Virus record (IMG/VR): IMGVR_UViG_3300037424_002061
Span: 1 to 29,443 of that record
Length of the DNA stretch: 29,443 bases
Strand: one strand, 5' to 3'
Source of the DNA: a virus
Lineage: Duplodnaviria; Caudoviricetes
Position 1 is the first letter of the stretch. The number at the start of each line of letters is the position of its first letter. Under the pieces are notes generated by a model. It was given only the letters and a program-made list of their open reading frames with translations. It had not been told where the DNA came from and searched no databases. The translations under genes were made by a program, and so were the position numbers. This document shows, piece by piece, positions 1-8,859 of this stretch.

Positions 1-725
1 CTTCTAGCCTTGTACCAAATGTAGCTAAGAATGAGCAAATCGCTCCTAGTCTGTCCGTAGTTCTCCGGTAAAAAGTAAAAGTTTTGATTCTGGGCACTTG
101 CTGGAGTCATGTTGCGGATCTTATCCTCTTCATGAGGGAATCTTATGGCGGCTTCTTCTTTCGATAAGAACTCTTGGCACCACACCATGTTTGCATCTGA
201 CATGTCCGCATTACGGTAGTAGGGATCTACCATGAAAGAATTATATTCCCAGACTTTTAGCTTAAGCTCCCCTTGCAGGGGGTCTTTGCCAAGAAAATCA
301 AGGTAAGGTTGGATAAGAACCTTACCAGAAATAGCAGACAATTCGCAGGCTTTAGAGAAGCTATTATAAATGCCGTTGTCCAGACACTGTTGCATTATTA
401 ATTTAGTGTACTGATCGGTCGTTTGCGGATCTCCCCCACTAGTAGCCTGAAAGGTAAGAGTCTTTCTGTGCTGCCTCTGGTACCCAGTAATCATGTTTAT
501 GGGCTGTTGTATCAAGTTGAAGTAGTAGGAATTAAACGAAGATGTGGGGGTGAAGTTAAAGAAAGAGTTAACGAAGTCTTGTGCCCCTGCGTAGAAAAGA
601 GTGTCGATATGGGCCTGATTCCAGCGAGCTTGCTCCACTGGTTTTAGCTTTTTAGCTACCGACTCCATCCAATATTTAATATTTCCCGTATTTGGTTTTA
701 AGTCATAGGTAGATAATAAATTCAA
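1..725 (-). CDS. Portal protein, P22-like (N-terminal part; runs off window start)
   Basis: Not in the ORF track. Read by hand: GGAGG RBS then TTG at 725, open to base 1 (MNLLSTYDLKPNTG...YYFNLIQQPINMITGYQRQHRK...DPYYRNADMSDA...). The FN-x-I...I-x-G-x-QR motif and the position directly downstream of terL fit a P22-type portal. Confidence 0.8.
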   Translation of the reverse strand, partial: MNLLSTYDLKPNTGNIKYWMESVAKKLKPVEQARWNQAHIDTLFYAGAQDFVNSFFNFTPTSSFNSYYFNLIQQPINMITGYQRQHRKTLTFQATSGGDPQTTDQYTKLIMQQCLDNGIYNSFSKACELSAISGKVLIQPYLDFLGKDPLQGELKLKVWEYNSFMVDPYYRNADMSDANMVWCQEFLSKEEAAIRFPHEEDKIRNMTPASAQNQNFYFLPENYGQTRSDLLILSYIWYKAR

Positions 726-845
726 AGCGCCTCCTGGAATTTGCAATATTAAAGGATTGAGTGCTAAATGCGCCAGTGCTAGGTTTTTTGGTTTTTAGAT
801 GGGTGGGTTTGCGCTTTCAACTTACAATTTTAAGGAGACCATTGG

Positions 846-2126
846 TTAAAACCTACCTTTTCTAAATCTATTTTGCATATAGTTGGTAGAATCATGAGGA
901 TCGTTATTATAATTTACTATTTTATGGGAAGCTATTACATATCGTAAACTATCCGTAGAATGATCAGCAATCTTTAAAGGCTTGTCGATTCCCTTCTCTG
1001 CATACTTCGGGTCCCACGTGTAGCCTTGAACTTCCCTAATCAAATTAGGGCAGTCTTCACATATAACAAAATTACCTCTTTGGATTTCTTGTGAGACTAA
1101 TTGGATGCCGTCTGCGACCTCGTTATTTGCATGAACTACATGTAACCCTCTTCTTTGAAGCTCAATTTGAAAGGCTTGAGCACTAGGATCCAGATAAACC
1201 GCTCTTACCCCGTAGGGTTCTAGAAACTCTACAACATCATCGGCAAACTCTGAGTTTGTCTTTTGCCTACCTGTAATTTTTGGATCCCAATAATACTCTT
1301 TTTCCGCCCACCATTTTCTCCCTAATTGGTTATAATGACCTGTATTAACCCCTACGAGTACACATGCAAAAGGGTTAGCTGTCCCATAGTCAATACCAGC
1401 AATCCAGTACTCGGCAGCTGTTGGAGGTCTTTCAACCACATGGATAGCCTCGTCAAAGAAGTCGAAGATAGCCCCTTCCGCCAGGCACCAAAGCCCTAGG
1501 AAGTTCCTTTTGTAGAAAAGACCACTTAGCGAAGACTTTATCCTTTCCTTATAGAAATCATCCACGTAAGGGTTATCGTCTAAGGTAAAGTGAAGTTGAT
1601 AATAGTTCTTATCCCCTTGTTCTGCCTTATCGATCCACTTCTTAACCTTGTGGTTAGGGTGGGATGGGTTCATGGACGCAAAACCCGCAGAATGGGGCAT
1701 AGAAAGCCTTGTATCGATCATGTCGATAATAGACTCGGGGTACAGCGTCATTTCATCGCAATAAACCAAGCTAAAGGTCTTCCCTTGAAACTGTCCTATA
1801 GACCCTTCGTCTTTCGCTCCCAATGTCTGGATAGTCTTATCAAAGATCTTTAGTTGCCTTTTACCCGCGAACCAGGTGCAAAATGGTCTAAATATCTCAA
1901 ACTGAGGGCTTTCTAAAATAAGACGTATAGCGTTTTGATAGATGGTATCCGAAGTGTGTCCAACCATGAATATTTGGCTATCGGGACACTCATAGGCAGC
2001 TTGTAAAAAGCGGAATAGGGTGCAAACGGTCTTTCCAGTACGGACGGACCCATGGGCTAAATTCCATTTAGCAGTGGAGTTTACAATGAATTCCATCTGC
2101 TTTGGTGAAAAAGGATCTTGTGTCAT
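846..2126 (-). CDS. terL: Terminase large subunit (PBSX-like)
   Basis: Walker A HGSVRTGKT, Walker B LVYCDE, motif III SMNP, and nuclease motifs GIDYG, DPSA and DHSTDSLRY. Confidence 0.95.
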   Translation of the reverse strand: MTQDPFSPKQMEFIVNSTAKWNLAHGSVRTGKTVCTLFRFLQAAYECPDSQIFMVGHTSDTIYQNAIRLILESPQFEIFRPFCTWFAGKRQLKIFDKTIQTLGAKDEGSIGQFQGKTFSLVYCDEMTLYPESIIDMIDTRLSMPHSAGFASMNPSHPNHKVKKWIDKAEQGDKNYYQLHFTLDDNPYVDDFYKERIKSSLSGLFYKRNFLGLWCLAEGAIFDFFDEAIHVVERPPTAAEYWIAGIDYGTANPFACVLVGVNTGHYNQLGRKWWAEKEYYWDPKITGRQKTNSEFADDVVEFLEPYGVRAVYLDPSAQAFQIELQRRGLHVVHANNEVADGIQLVSQEIQRGNFVICEDCPNLIREVQGYTWDPKYAEKGIDKPLKIADHSTDSLRYVIASHKIVNYNNDPHDSTNYMQNRFRKGRF

Positions 2127-2134
2127 CTTTTATG

Positions 2135-2171
2135 TTGCCGTAAATATATAAACTTGCTATGATCATATCAA
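2135..2171. promoter_or_regulatory. Overlapping divergent sigma70-type promoters (yqaJ / terL)
   Basis: Plus strand TTGCCG-17-TATGAT with extended TG (2135-2163). Minus strand TTGATA-17-TATATT (2171-2143). Confidence 0.6.
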
Positions 2172-2189
2172 ACACTAAGGAGGTGTACA

Positions 2190-3074
2190 ATGAGAATAAT
2201 TAATTTAATGCAATCAATCCCAGAATGGGATGTCTGGAGAAGCGAACATCTTGGAGCAAGTGAAACGCCAATCATTATGGGAGAGTCTCCCTACTCAACG
2301 CCAATTAAGCTTTGGAAGCAGAAGATGGGTATTGAGCCCTCTAACTACGTTTCACCCGCTATGATGCATGGAGCTAAGACGGAGAGCGAAGCTCGTCGGA
2401 GATTCGAGGAAATTCAAGGGAAGTCGTTCCCTTCTCTATGTGCGGAATCTAGCAATCTCCCCTATATAAGCGCTAGCTTTGACGGAGTGTCCTGCGATGG
2501 TGAGATTGTAGAAATCAAGTGTCCACATTCTAAGGACCGTTTCTTTGACATGAAGATGAGTAATAAAGTCCCTCCCGAGTATTACGGTCAACTTCAGCAC
2601 CAAATGTATGTTGCAGAAGCTGACTTTGTCTATCTTTTCATATATTTCCCCACTGGAGACTGCGAAGGCGATTACATTCTCCATGTTGTAAAAAGAGACG
2701 AGGAGTACATTGCCCGTATGCTTGAGAAACTGGAAAAGTTTTGGAAATGTATAGAAGAAGGTGAGATGCCGGAATACAGTGCGGGAGACTACCAAGAAAA
2801 AGTCTCGCCTGAATGGCAAATCAAAGCGTTAGCACTTCAGCAAGTCATGGAGGAAAAAAGGAAGCTTGAAGAGGAAGAAAAACAACTTAAGAAAGCTCTT
2901 ATTACCCTTTCACACGGCAAGCCTACAAAAGCCCATGGCGTTACAATTTTCCTACAAACCCGTAAGGGAACATTGGATACAATTTCTATAGAAAAGGTTT
3001 TGATAGAAGAGGGAATTGATATAGAATTGTACCGTAAGAAGCCAAGTTCCTCTTGGTGTGTAAAAGTAAGCTAA
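2190..3074 (+). CDS. YqaJ-like viral recombinase / lambda-type exonuclease
   Basis: Motifs WxxWR..LGASE, SPYSTP..LW..K, HG...E..AR, ASFDG, VEIKCP and YYGQLQHQM. Strong AAGGAGG RBS. Confidence 0.92.
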   Translation: MRIINLMQSIPEWDVWRSEHLGASETPIIMGESPYSTPIKLWKQKMGIEPSNYVSPAMMHGAKTESEARRRFEEIQGKSFPSLCAESSNLPYISASFDGVSCDGEIVEIKCPHSKDRFFDMKMSNKVPPEYYGQLQHQMYVAEADFVYLFIYFPTGDCEGDYILHVVKRDEEYIARMLEKLEKFWKCIEEGEMPEYSAGDYQEKVSPEWQIKALALQQVMEEKRKLEEEEKQLKKALITLSHGKPTKAHGVTIFLQTRKGTLDTISIEKVLIEEGIDIELYRKKPSSSWCVKVS

Positions 3075-3101
3075 ATTTTCATTGTTCTCCTTTCTTGTGT
3101 G

Positions 3102-3123
3102 GCCCTCTTTGGAGGGCTTTTTT
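3102..3123 (+). terminator. Rho-independent terminator
   Basis: GCCCTC-tttg-GAGGGC followed by T6, downstream of yqaJ. Confidence 0.75.
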
Positions 3124-3128
3124 CATAT

Positions 3129-3157
3129 TTGCTCTTTCCGTCAGTCTCGATTAGAAT
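3129..3157 (+). promoter_or_regulatory. Putative sigma70-type promoter of the ejection-protein operon
   Basis: TTGCTC-17-TAGAAT upstream of a GGAGG RBS. Confidence 0.5.
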
Positions 3158-3178
3158 GAATTAAAACGGCGGAGGCAT

Positions 3179-3727
3179 ATGAATCATCAGAAAGTCGGCG
3201 GCAGAAATGTAGAACAATTCCAGAAATACACTCCGCAGCAAATGAAACTTCATCAACAGCAATTCGGCTTACTAGACCCGAATAGTTATCTTTACAGAAT
3301 GGCTCAAGGGGATCCTCAGCTCATGGAAGAGATGGAACGGAGAAACCTACGGGACTTTTCCGGCACCATGGGAAACATGGCCTCACGGTTCTCTGGAGCC
3401 GGCATGTCAGGCAGGCACTCAAGCGGATTCAAAATCGCAGGGGGCATGGAAGCTCGCCAATTGCAAGAGAGCTTAGCGGCTCAACGAGGGCAGATGCAAT
3501 CCCAGGCTATCAAGGATATGATTGGACTTAGTAATCAAATTTTAGGACAAGACCCTAACGAGCAATTCTTGGTCGAGCCTAAAAAGCAGTGGTGGCAACA
3601 TGCAGTTGGGGGAATAGCTCCACTTGCCGGGGCGGCAATTGGTGCAAAGTACGGTGGATTAGAAGGGGCTAAGTTTGGGCATGATATTGGATCTGGATTT
3701 GGCAATGCATTCGCAGGAGGACGTTAA
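3179..3727 (+). CDS. Putative DNA ejection/pilot protein (P22 gp7-like position and composition)
   Basis: Gln/Gly/Ala/Met-rich helical protein with a Gly/Ala-rich hydrophobic C-terminus. First of three coupled genes of increasing size. Confidence 0.5.
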   Translation: MNHQKVGGRNVEQFQKYTPQQMKLHQQQFGLLDPNSYLYRMAQGDPQLMEEMERRNLRDFSGTMGNMASRFSGAGMSGRHSSGFKIAGGMEARQLQESLAAQRGQMQSQAIKDMIGLSNQILGQDPNEQFLVEPKKQWWQHAVGGIAPLAGAAIGAKYGGLEGAKFGHDIGSGFGNAFAGGR

Positions 3728-4549
3728 ATGGCGTATGGTGGGACTTTAACAAACTTAGAACAACCTTCTTTTGGAGAGAGAATCGCAATGGGCTTAGGCG
3801 GAGCTGCACAGTCTGGAGGTCAGGGGATTGTCAATCTCATGGCAGCAAGGGAACAAGCTCAAAAAGATGAGCAAGTTAACAAGCTTTTGGGAGACATGAC
3901 CGGACGAGACCCAAATGATTTTAAGGGGTTATCACCTGATATGAGAAGGGATCTTCTTAAAGAGGCATCTTCACAAAAAGGGAGAATGGAACAGAAGGAA
4001 TTTGATCAAAAAGGGAGAATGGAAATTGAGCGTTTGAAGGGTGAGAAAAAAGGACCTAGCAAAGAGGAAATCAAGTCGGAAGAAAAAGTTCGCCAACTAG
4101 AAGGCGCCAAAGAAAGACTTAATAAAATGAGAGAGATTCGGGCAAAAGGTAACTTAGGAGTCTATGTAAAAGGAGGACTTCATCATTTTGGAGGAGAGAC
4201 GGCGAGAGATAAAGGTTCTTATGAACAACTAGGTAAATCTTTAATTCAACTGTCTACTACTATTCCTATCAGAAACAGACTAGAATTTGAAACTCTGGCC
4301 GATAGATTATATGACTCTTCTATTACGGATGCCGAATCGGAAGGCGTACTTGATGCTATGGAAGAGATCATCGAAAACTCTATTTATGAAGCTTCTGGAA
4401 ATGAAATAATAGAAGAGGAGTTTGAAATGGAGTCCCAAGGTCCAGGTAAAGAGCTTACTCAAGAGGAGTTTGATAAAATTTGGGAACAGGCTGGAGAAGA
4501 TCCTAAGAAAGCAAAAAGAATAGCTAAAAAAATGGGTTTTAAACTGTAA
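3728..4549 (+). CDS. Putative internal virion/ejection protein
   Basis: Gly-rich N-terminus (GLGGAAQSGGQG) followed by a charged helical region. Abuts both neighbours. Confidence 0.45.
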   Translation: MAYGGTLTNLEQPSFGERIAMGLGGAAQSGGQGIVNLMAAREQAQKDEQVNKLLGDMTGRDPNDFKGLSPDMRRDLLKEASSQKGRMEQKEFDQKGRMEIERLKGEKKGPSKEEIKSEEKVRQLEGAKERLNKMREIRAKGNLGVYVKGGLHHFGGETARDKGSYEQLGKSLIQLSTTIPIRNRLEFETLADRLYDSSITDAESEGVLDAMEEIIENSIYEASGNEIIEEEFEMESQGPGKELTQEEFDKIWEQAGEDPKKAKRIAKKMGFKL

Positions 4550-6030
4550 TGCCTTCATTCCAAGAAATGCTTGACGCTAAGATGACTTCCTCTTCTAAGA
4601 GAAAGTCTTTTGATGAGATGCTAAAAGAAAAAGAGTTAGAAAGAGATGAAGGTCAAACCTTCTTTATTCGTGGTAAAGAAGTTCCTATTAAAGAGCTTGG
4701 ACCCTCTCCCTTTCATCCAGGCACTAAAGAAGATATGCAGCGTTATTACACCGATATCATTAGTGGTCTTGGAGGTCTGCCTCACGCATTGACACAACTT
4801 CCAAAATCGGTAGTTTCACAAATTCAAACTCTGTTCACTGGAGAGGATGGAGAAATTTCTTATGAGACAATGGATCCAACAATGAGACAAATATTTCAAG
4901 GTTTGGATACTGCATCTGAGTATCTTCCTCAAACAGAGGATATTAGAAAATCTATGACTGATGAGGAAGCAACAGCGCTTGATAGGTATATAATGGCCGC
5001 TTCTCAGGGAGCGCCATTTGGTCCGGCCGGTATGGCAACAATGACTGGATTCCAAGGACTTGAAGAAGGATTAGAGGCGACGGAGGCCTCTCCCAGAGTA
5101 AAGGCTGCGGCTAGATTGGGGGGAATGGCAGCCGCTGGATTAAAAACAAAAAAAGGGCTTCAACCGAAAAATGCTGCCGAAGCTCAAATGATGAAGTTCT
5201 TTAAAAAGTATAATATTCCTGATGAGCAGGCCTCTATTGCTTTATCTAAACCAGGGTCTGCAAAAAAATGGATAAGTAAAATTGCCAGTAAAAAAGGAAA
5301 GGCAGAGGCAATTTTAGAAGCTACCGGAGAAGGCCTAGGAAGCGTTTACGAAACCCTTAAGGAAAGTCCCGCCGCCGATGCAGTATTAGGGACGGCAGAA
5401 AGAAATCTAATGGAATCAAAGCTAAACGTAATTAATGATTCCTTTCCTGTGGAAATCAGAAAATCTATAAAGGGAGATCTTGAAGAGTTTTATAACAGTC
5501 CTCGATCAGCCGGCGATATGATCAATCTTTGGCAAGATATCAATCAAGCCTTTAAAGGAAAGAAGAAGCAGCTTCAAAGGCTTAAAGAACCAATTATGGA
5601 AGGATTGGAAAATATTGATCCTGAGTTTGCTAAAGATTTTAAAAATGTTAATGACGCATATTCTAACTATCAAGAAGTTAGAAACATAATGAAGCCGGGA
5701 GATTGGGGATTTTTTAGTCATTTAAAAGGTCCGGCTGCCGTTATTGGCTACATTTTAAAAGGAACTCCCATGGGGGCCTTAAAAATAGGAGTCCCCGCTT
5801 ATATTTTGACTAAATTAGCCAGGGAAATGATAATTAATCCAAAATTAAAAAATATTTCCAAAAAATTATCCTATGGTATTAGTAAAAGATCATTAGGTGT
5901 TACTCAAATGACCATCAATGAATTGGCAGATGAGGTTAAGAATATCGATGAGGAACTAGCCGAGACTATTCGTTCTGTCGATGCTAAAGAGATCCTTCCA
6001 TCAGACAAAAAAACACGTACCAACCAATAA
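4549..6030 (+). CDS. Putative large internal virion/ejection protein
   Basis: 493 aa helical protein with Gly/Ala-rich hydrophobic segments, typical of podovirus DNA-transfer proteins. TAATG coupling to the upstream gene. Confidence 0.45.
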   Translation: MPSFQEMLDAKMTSSSKRKSFDEMLKEKELERDEGQTFFIRGKEVPIKELGPSPFHPGTKEDMQRYYTDIISGLGGLPHALTQLPKSVVSQIQTLFTGEDGEISYETMDPTMRQIFQGLDTASEYLPQTEDIRKSMTDEEATALDRYIMAASQGAPFGPAGMATMTGFQGLEEGLEATEASPRVKAAARLGGMAAAGLKTKKGLQPKNAAEAQMMKFFKKYNIPDEQASIALSKPGSAKKWISKIASKKGKAEAILEATGEGLGSVYETLKESPAADAVLGTAERNLMESKLNVINDSFPVEIRKSIKGDLEEFYNSPRSAGDMINLWQDINQAFKGKKKQLQRLKEPIMEGLENIDPEFAKDFKNVNDAYSNYQEVRNIMKPGDWGFFSHLKGPAAVIGYILKGTPMGALKIGVPAYILTKLAREMIINPKLKNISKKLSYGISKRSLGVTQMTINELADEVKNIDEELAETIRSVDAKEILPSDKKTRTNQ

Positions 6031-6058
6031 CTGACCCAAACATAATTAAAATTTCCAT
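5984..6058 (-). CDS. 24 aa single-TM micropeptide
   Basis: AAGGAG RBS, MEILIMFGSVIGWYVFFCLMEGSL. Overlaps the 3' end of 4549..6030 on the opposite strand. Confidence 0.55.
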   Translation of the reverse strand: MEILIMFGSVIGWYVFFCLMEGSL

Positions 6059-6074
6059 ATTATTCTCCTTTTGA

Positions 6075-6146
6075 TTAATCCCCGAAAAGAGCTCCGAGGA
6101 CGATAAATCCTAATAAAATTGCCACAGTTTCTATTATTACCAACAT
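6075..6146 (-). CDS. 23 aa single-TM micropeptide
   Basis: AAGGA upstream; starts 1 nt after the HNH stop; MLVIIETVAILLGFIVLGALFGD. Confidence 0.55.
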   Translation of the reverse strand: MLVIIETVAILLGFIVLGALFGD

Positions 6147-6147
6147 A

Positions 6148-6666
6148 CTAATCCTTTAAATGTTTCCATGATTTTCTATTTATAATTTTCCATATCGTAT
6201 TTTTATTTACTTCATAGTCATTTGCCAGCATTTTCATCGTATATATTCTAGGGGTATATTTTTTTCTAATTTCTTTTATCTTATCGCCTGTAAATTTAGA
6301 GTGGTGATGAATCTCTCCTTTTTGACCTTTATTTAGATCATTCCCCCGATCTTTTTTTTTCATATCCCATACATTATCCATTTGGGATCCAAGAAAAAGA
6401 TGATGTGGATTGCAACAACTTGGGTTATCGCATTTATGAAGCACACACATCTCGCTTGGATTTTCTTTCCAGAGATAAAAAGTAACTCGATGGCAAAGGT
6501 AACTTTTTCTTTTAACCTCTATCCCTCCATAACCACAATTAGTTCTACATCCAAAAAATTCCCAACATCCCTTAGGAGAAATATTAACTTTAGTCAAGAT
6601 TCGAATCTTAATATTATGTTTTTCTTCCTCTGTTAGAGGTGGGAGTGTCCTAATTTTCACCCTCAT
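6148..6666 (-). CDS. HNH homing endonuclease with C-terminal HTH
   Basis: GCW..., GYG, HRVT, VLHKCDNPSCCNPHHLFLGSQMDNVWDM, then an HTH-like tail ending SWKHL. Confidence 0.92.
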   Translation of the reverse strand: MRVKIRTLPPLTEEEKHNIKIRILTKVNISPKGCWEFFGCRTNCGYGGIEVKRKSYLCHRVTFYLWKENPSEMCVLHKCDNPSCCNPHHLFLGSQMDNVWDMKKKDRGNDLNKGQKGEIHHHSKFTGDKIKEIRKKYTPRIYTMKMLANDYEVNKNTIWKIINRKSWKHLKD

Positions 6667-6826
6667 CCTTTAATTTTAAAATTTCTTTTATATATTTATC
6701 TTCAAGAGATTTCCATTCTTGATTTCTTTTCTTTCGCACTGCGTCATATGCATCTATTCTCTGGTTGGTGTAATACATTGTTCCAAGTAATGTGAATATA
6801 AGTATCGTAAATTGAAGCCAATCCAT
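6650..6826 (-). CDS. 58 aa membrane-anchored protein
   Basis: AAGGAG RBS and TGATG overlap with the upstream stop. MDWLQFTILIFTLLGTMYY followed by a charged tail. Confidence 0.65.
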   Translation of the reverse strand: MDWLQFTILIFTLLGTMYYTNQRIDAYDAVRKKRNQEWKSLEDKYIKEILKLKDEGEN

Positions 6827-7182
6827 CAATTTTCTCCTTTAAACTTAAGGTTGCTCTTGTTGCACACTCTGCAAGCGTAGGAATGGGAAATGTTAAACTC
6901 TTTAGCTAAAGATGTTTTAGTTCTTCCAAGAGAAAACAGCCTTTTAAGCTCTTCTCCTTGCTCCCTTGTGAGATACACCTTTTTCTTTTTCCTAACCGTT
7001 GTCCTTTTAGGCTCCTCTTTTAGTTTTTTGCCCACGGTGTTGTACCCTCCTCTCTTCTTGCGAGGGAGTACTTGGGGGGTAATCGCCTTCGTCTGCTTGG
7101 CAATGCGCCTGTAGAGAATAAGCAAATAGATGACGAATACAAAGTCTATAGCTGCAAGTCCGATTAATAGTTTCTGGGTCAT
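6826..7182 (-). CDS. N-terminal TM plus C-terminal HTH protein
   Basis: Hydrophobic LLIGLAAIDFVFVIYLLILY, a basic linker, and HTH-like LTREQGEELKRLFSLGRTKTSLAKEFNISHSYACRV. Confidence 0.65.
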   Translation of the reverse strand: MTQKLLIGLAAIDFVFVIYLLILYRRIAKQTKAITPQVLPRKKRGGYNTVGKKLKEEPKRTTVRKKKKVYLTREQGEELKRLFSLGRTKTSLAKEFNISHSYACRVCNKSNLKFKGEN

Positions 7183-7682
7183 AATTCCTCCAGATGTTTA
7201 AAGGTTATTCTGTAAACTATATTTTCTATAGAATAAAAACTGTGTTTTGTTATATAAGCAATTTCTCTAGGAGATTTACCCTCTTTTTTTAAAATTAACA
7301 TTTGTTTAGCTTCCTTATCTGTAATTTTAGCTCGAGGGTTTTTGTCCCCTCGCCGATCATAAATTCGATTTTTTTTTATCATATCCTGAACATTGTCATT
7401 AGGAGTACCTAGAAATAAATGTTTTGGATTGCAGCACTCCGGTATATCGCAATGATGCAATACGCATTTATATTCAGGGTCTTTTTTCCAGAGAGAATAA
7501 GTAACGCGATGAACTAAAGACATCTTATTTTTAATTTTAATCAATCCATATCCATGTTTATTTTTATATAATTTCCATAACCAACACCCTTTTTGATTAA
7601 TACTTATTCTTGATAAGATCCTAATCTTTAAAGATTTTTTTTCTTCTCCCTTCCATGATGGAAGTAATGATGGCCTTGTCAT
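7179..7682 (-). CDS. HNH homing endonuclease with C-terminal HTH
   Basis: GCWLW, GYG, HRVTY, VLHHCDIPECCNPKHLFLGTPNDNVQDM. Paralogue of 6148..6666. Confidence 0.92.
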   Translation of the reverse strand: MTRPSLLPSWKGEEKKSLKIRILSRISINQKGCWLWKLYKNKHGYGLIKIKNKMSLVHRVTYSLWKKDPEYKCVLHHCDIPECCNPKHLFLGTPNDNVQDMIKKNRIYDRRGDKNPRAKITDKEAKQMLILKKEGKSPREIAYITKHSFYSIENIVYRITFKHLEEL

Positions 7683-8257
7683 TTTTTCTCTCCATATTCT
7701 TTTGCTGCTTTCAAAACTCGGTTATAGAGATCTTGAGTCATTTCCTTTAGGTCTACTATTTGATAGGCGCTTTTTAGACTGGTCAGGACTTTATTAGTAT
7801 ACTCCTCTCCACATACATGGAGCTCTTCATATAAAACTTTCAATTGATCCTGAGATACCAATCTTCTAGAAAAGGCCGTTTTTGCAGCCTCTTCGGGCAA
7901 AACATCCAAATCATCATCTGAGACGAGATTAAGCATCGAGGCAAGGGAATACCTTCGTAGATACGTTAAAGACGCTCCAAGGGCCTTTAAATCGGGATAT
8001 GGAGGAATCTTAACAGAAGATCTGATCTCCTTTCCGGACTTGTGAAAAAGAACGGTAATCAAAACATTGTCCTCAATGATCTGCGATACAGAGAATCCCC
8101 ATGTAAAGAGAGGCTCCCGGATAGACTCGCGGATCGAGGTAAGGTCCGCATAGGAGAACTTAAACTTCCCAATGTCCACGGTCTTGTTCTTGGGAATGAT
8201 CCCGATATCGTGCTGAAGCCCCGCAAGAGCTTCGTAAATGTTCATTTCATCACTCAT
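7679..8257 (-). CDS. erf: ERF-family single-strand annealing protein
   Basis: FSYADL, T.LFHKSG and the ERF signature GASLTYLRRYSLASMLNLVSDDDLD. Confidence 0.92.
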   Translation of the reverse strand: MSDEMNIYEALAGLQHDIGIIPKNKTVDIGKFKFSYADLTSIRESIREPLFTWGFSVSQIIEDNVLITVLFHKSGKEIRSSVKIPPYPDLKALGASLTYLRRYSLASMLNLVSDDDLDVLPEEAAKTAFSRRLVSQDQLKVLYEELHVCGEEYTNKVLTSLKSAYQIVDLKEMTQDLYNRVLKAAKEYGEKK

Positions 8258-8456
8258 TTTTTCCTCCGGTTCTAATTTCTTCTAGGTGAAACGCTAAGCC
8301 CGCGAGATCCCCAAGGGCCATACACTCATACATGGCCTCTAAATGGTCTTGGGTATGTTCCATCTTCTCTTCAAGCTTAATGCAGCCTTGGCACTCCGCT
8401 TCTTCTCTGTGGTAGTCATCTTCTCGGCACATGGCCCAATAAGTTTCTTTGTGCAT
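8250..8456 (-). CDS. Hypothetical protein
   Basis: AGGAGG RBS; first gene of the leftward early operon; overlaps the erf start. Confidence 0.7.
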   Translation of the reverse strand: MHKETYWAMCREDDYHREEAECQGCIKLEEKMEHTQDHLEAMYECMALGDLAGLAFHLEEIRTGGKNE

Positions 8457-8469
8457 ATTTTCCTCCTGT

Positions 8470-8506
8470 TTGACATTATGTTAGCATTCTGGATTATTTA
8501 TGGCAA
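8470..8506. promoter_or_regulatory. Leftward early promoter with overlapping opposite-strand -35
   Basis: Minus strand TTGCCA-17-TAACAT with extended TG. Plus strand TTGACA at 8470. Confidence 0.6.
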
Positions 8507-8519
8507 TATCTTTTATTCC

Positions 8520-8548
8520 TTTACATGAAAAAAGATTCGGCCTACAAT
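8520..8548 (+). promoter_or_regulatory. Putative rightward promoter
   Basis: TTTACA-17-TACAAT upstream of the Cro-like gene. Confidence 0.55.
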
Positions 8549-8571
8549 ATAAGTTTAACAAAGAGGTACTC

Positions 8572-8802
8572 ATGACACTTTGCCAACCGCCTGAAAAGGA
8601 TGCAAAAACCCCCCTTCAAGCTTGGGTTTCCAGAAAGGGGCTGACCGCAAGACAATTTACCCGTCTTTTACCTAAGACCATGCATCATAAGTACATAGTA
8701 TATGTAATAGCAGGAACAAAGATTCCAAGCGTACCCCTGGCTAAGATGATTGAGCAGGCCACGAATGGAGAGGTGAAAGCGATTGATATGCTAAAGTTGT
8801 AG
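8572..8802 (+). CDS. Cro/YdaS-like HTH regulator
   Basis: Start moved to ATG 8572 (GAGG RBS). The C-terminus G.KIPSVPLAKMIEQATNGEVKAIDM is typical of Cro-like proteins. Confidence 0.75.
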   Translation: MTLCQPPEKDAKTPLQAWVSRKGLTARQFTRLLPKTMHHKYIVYVIAGTKIPSVPLAKMIEQATNGEVKAIDMLKL

Positions 8803-8827
8803 CGTAGTGAAGTAGATATTTAATGAC

Positions 8828-8859
8828 AAAAAAAAGGGCCGTCGCTTACGCTAGACCCT
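8828..8859 (-). terminator. Minus-strand Rho-independent terminator
   Basis: On the minus strand, an AGGGTC...GGCCCT stem followed by T8. Confidence 0.55.

Noticed and set aside
423-647. Plus-strand 74 aa ORF
   Set aside because: Lies antisense to the portal reading frame, which is open from 725 to the window start.
3974-4024. 18 bp direct repeat CAAAAAGGGAGAATGGAA
   Set aside because: In-frame coding duplication (QKGRME twice) in a helical protein; two copies only, not a CRISPR array.
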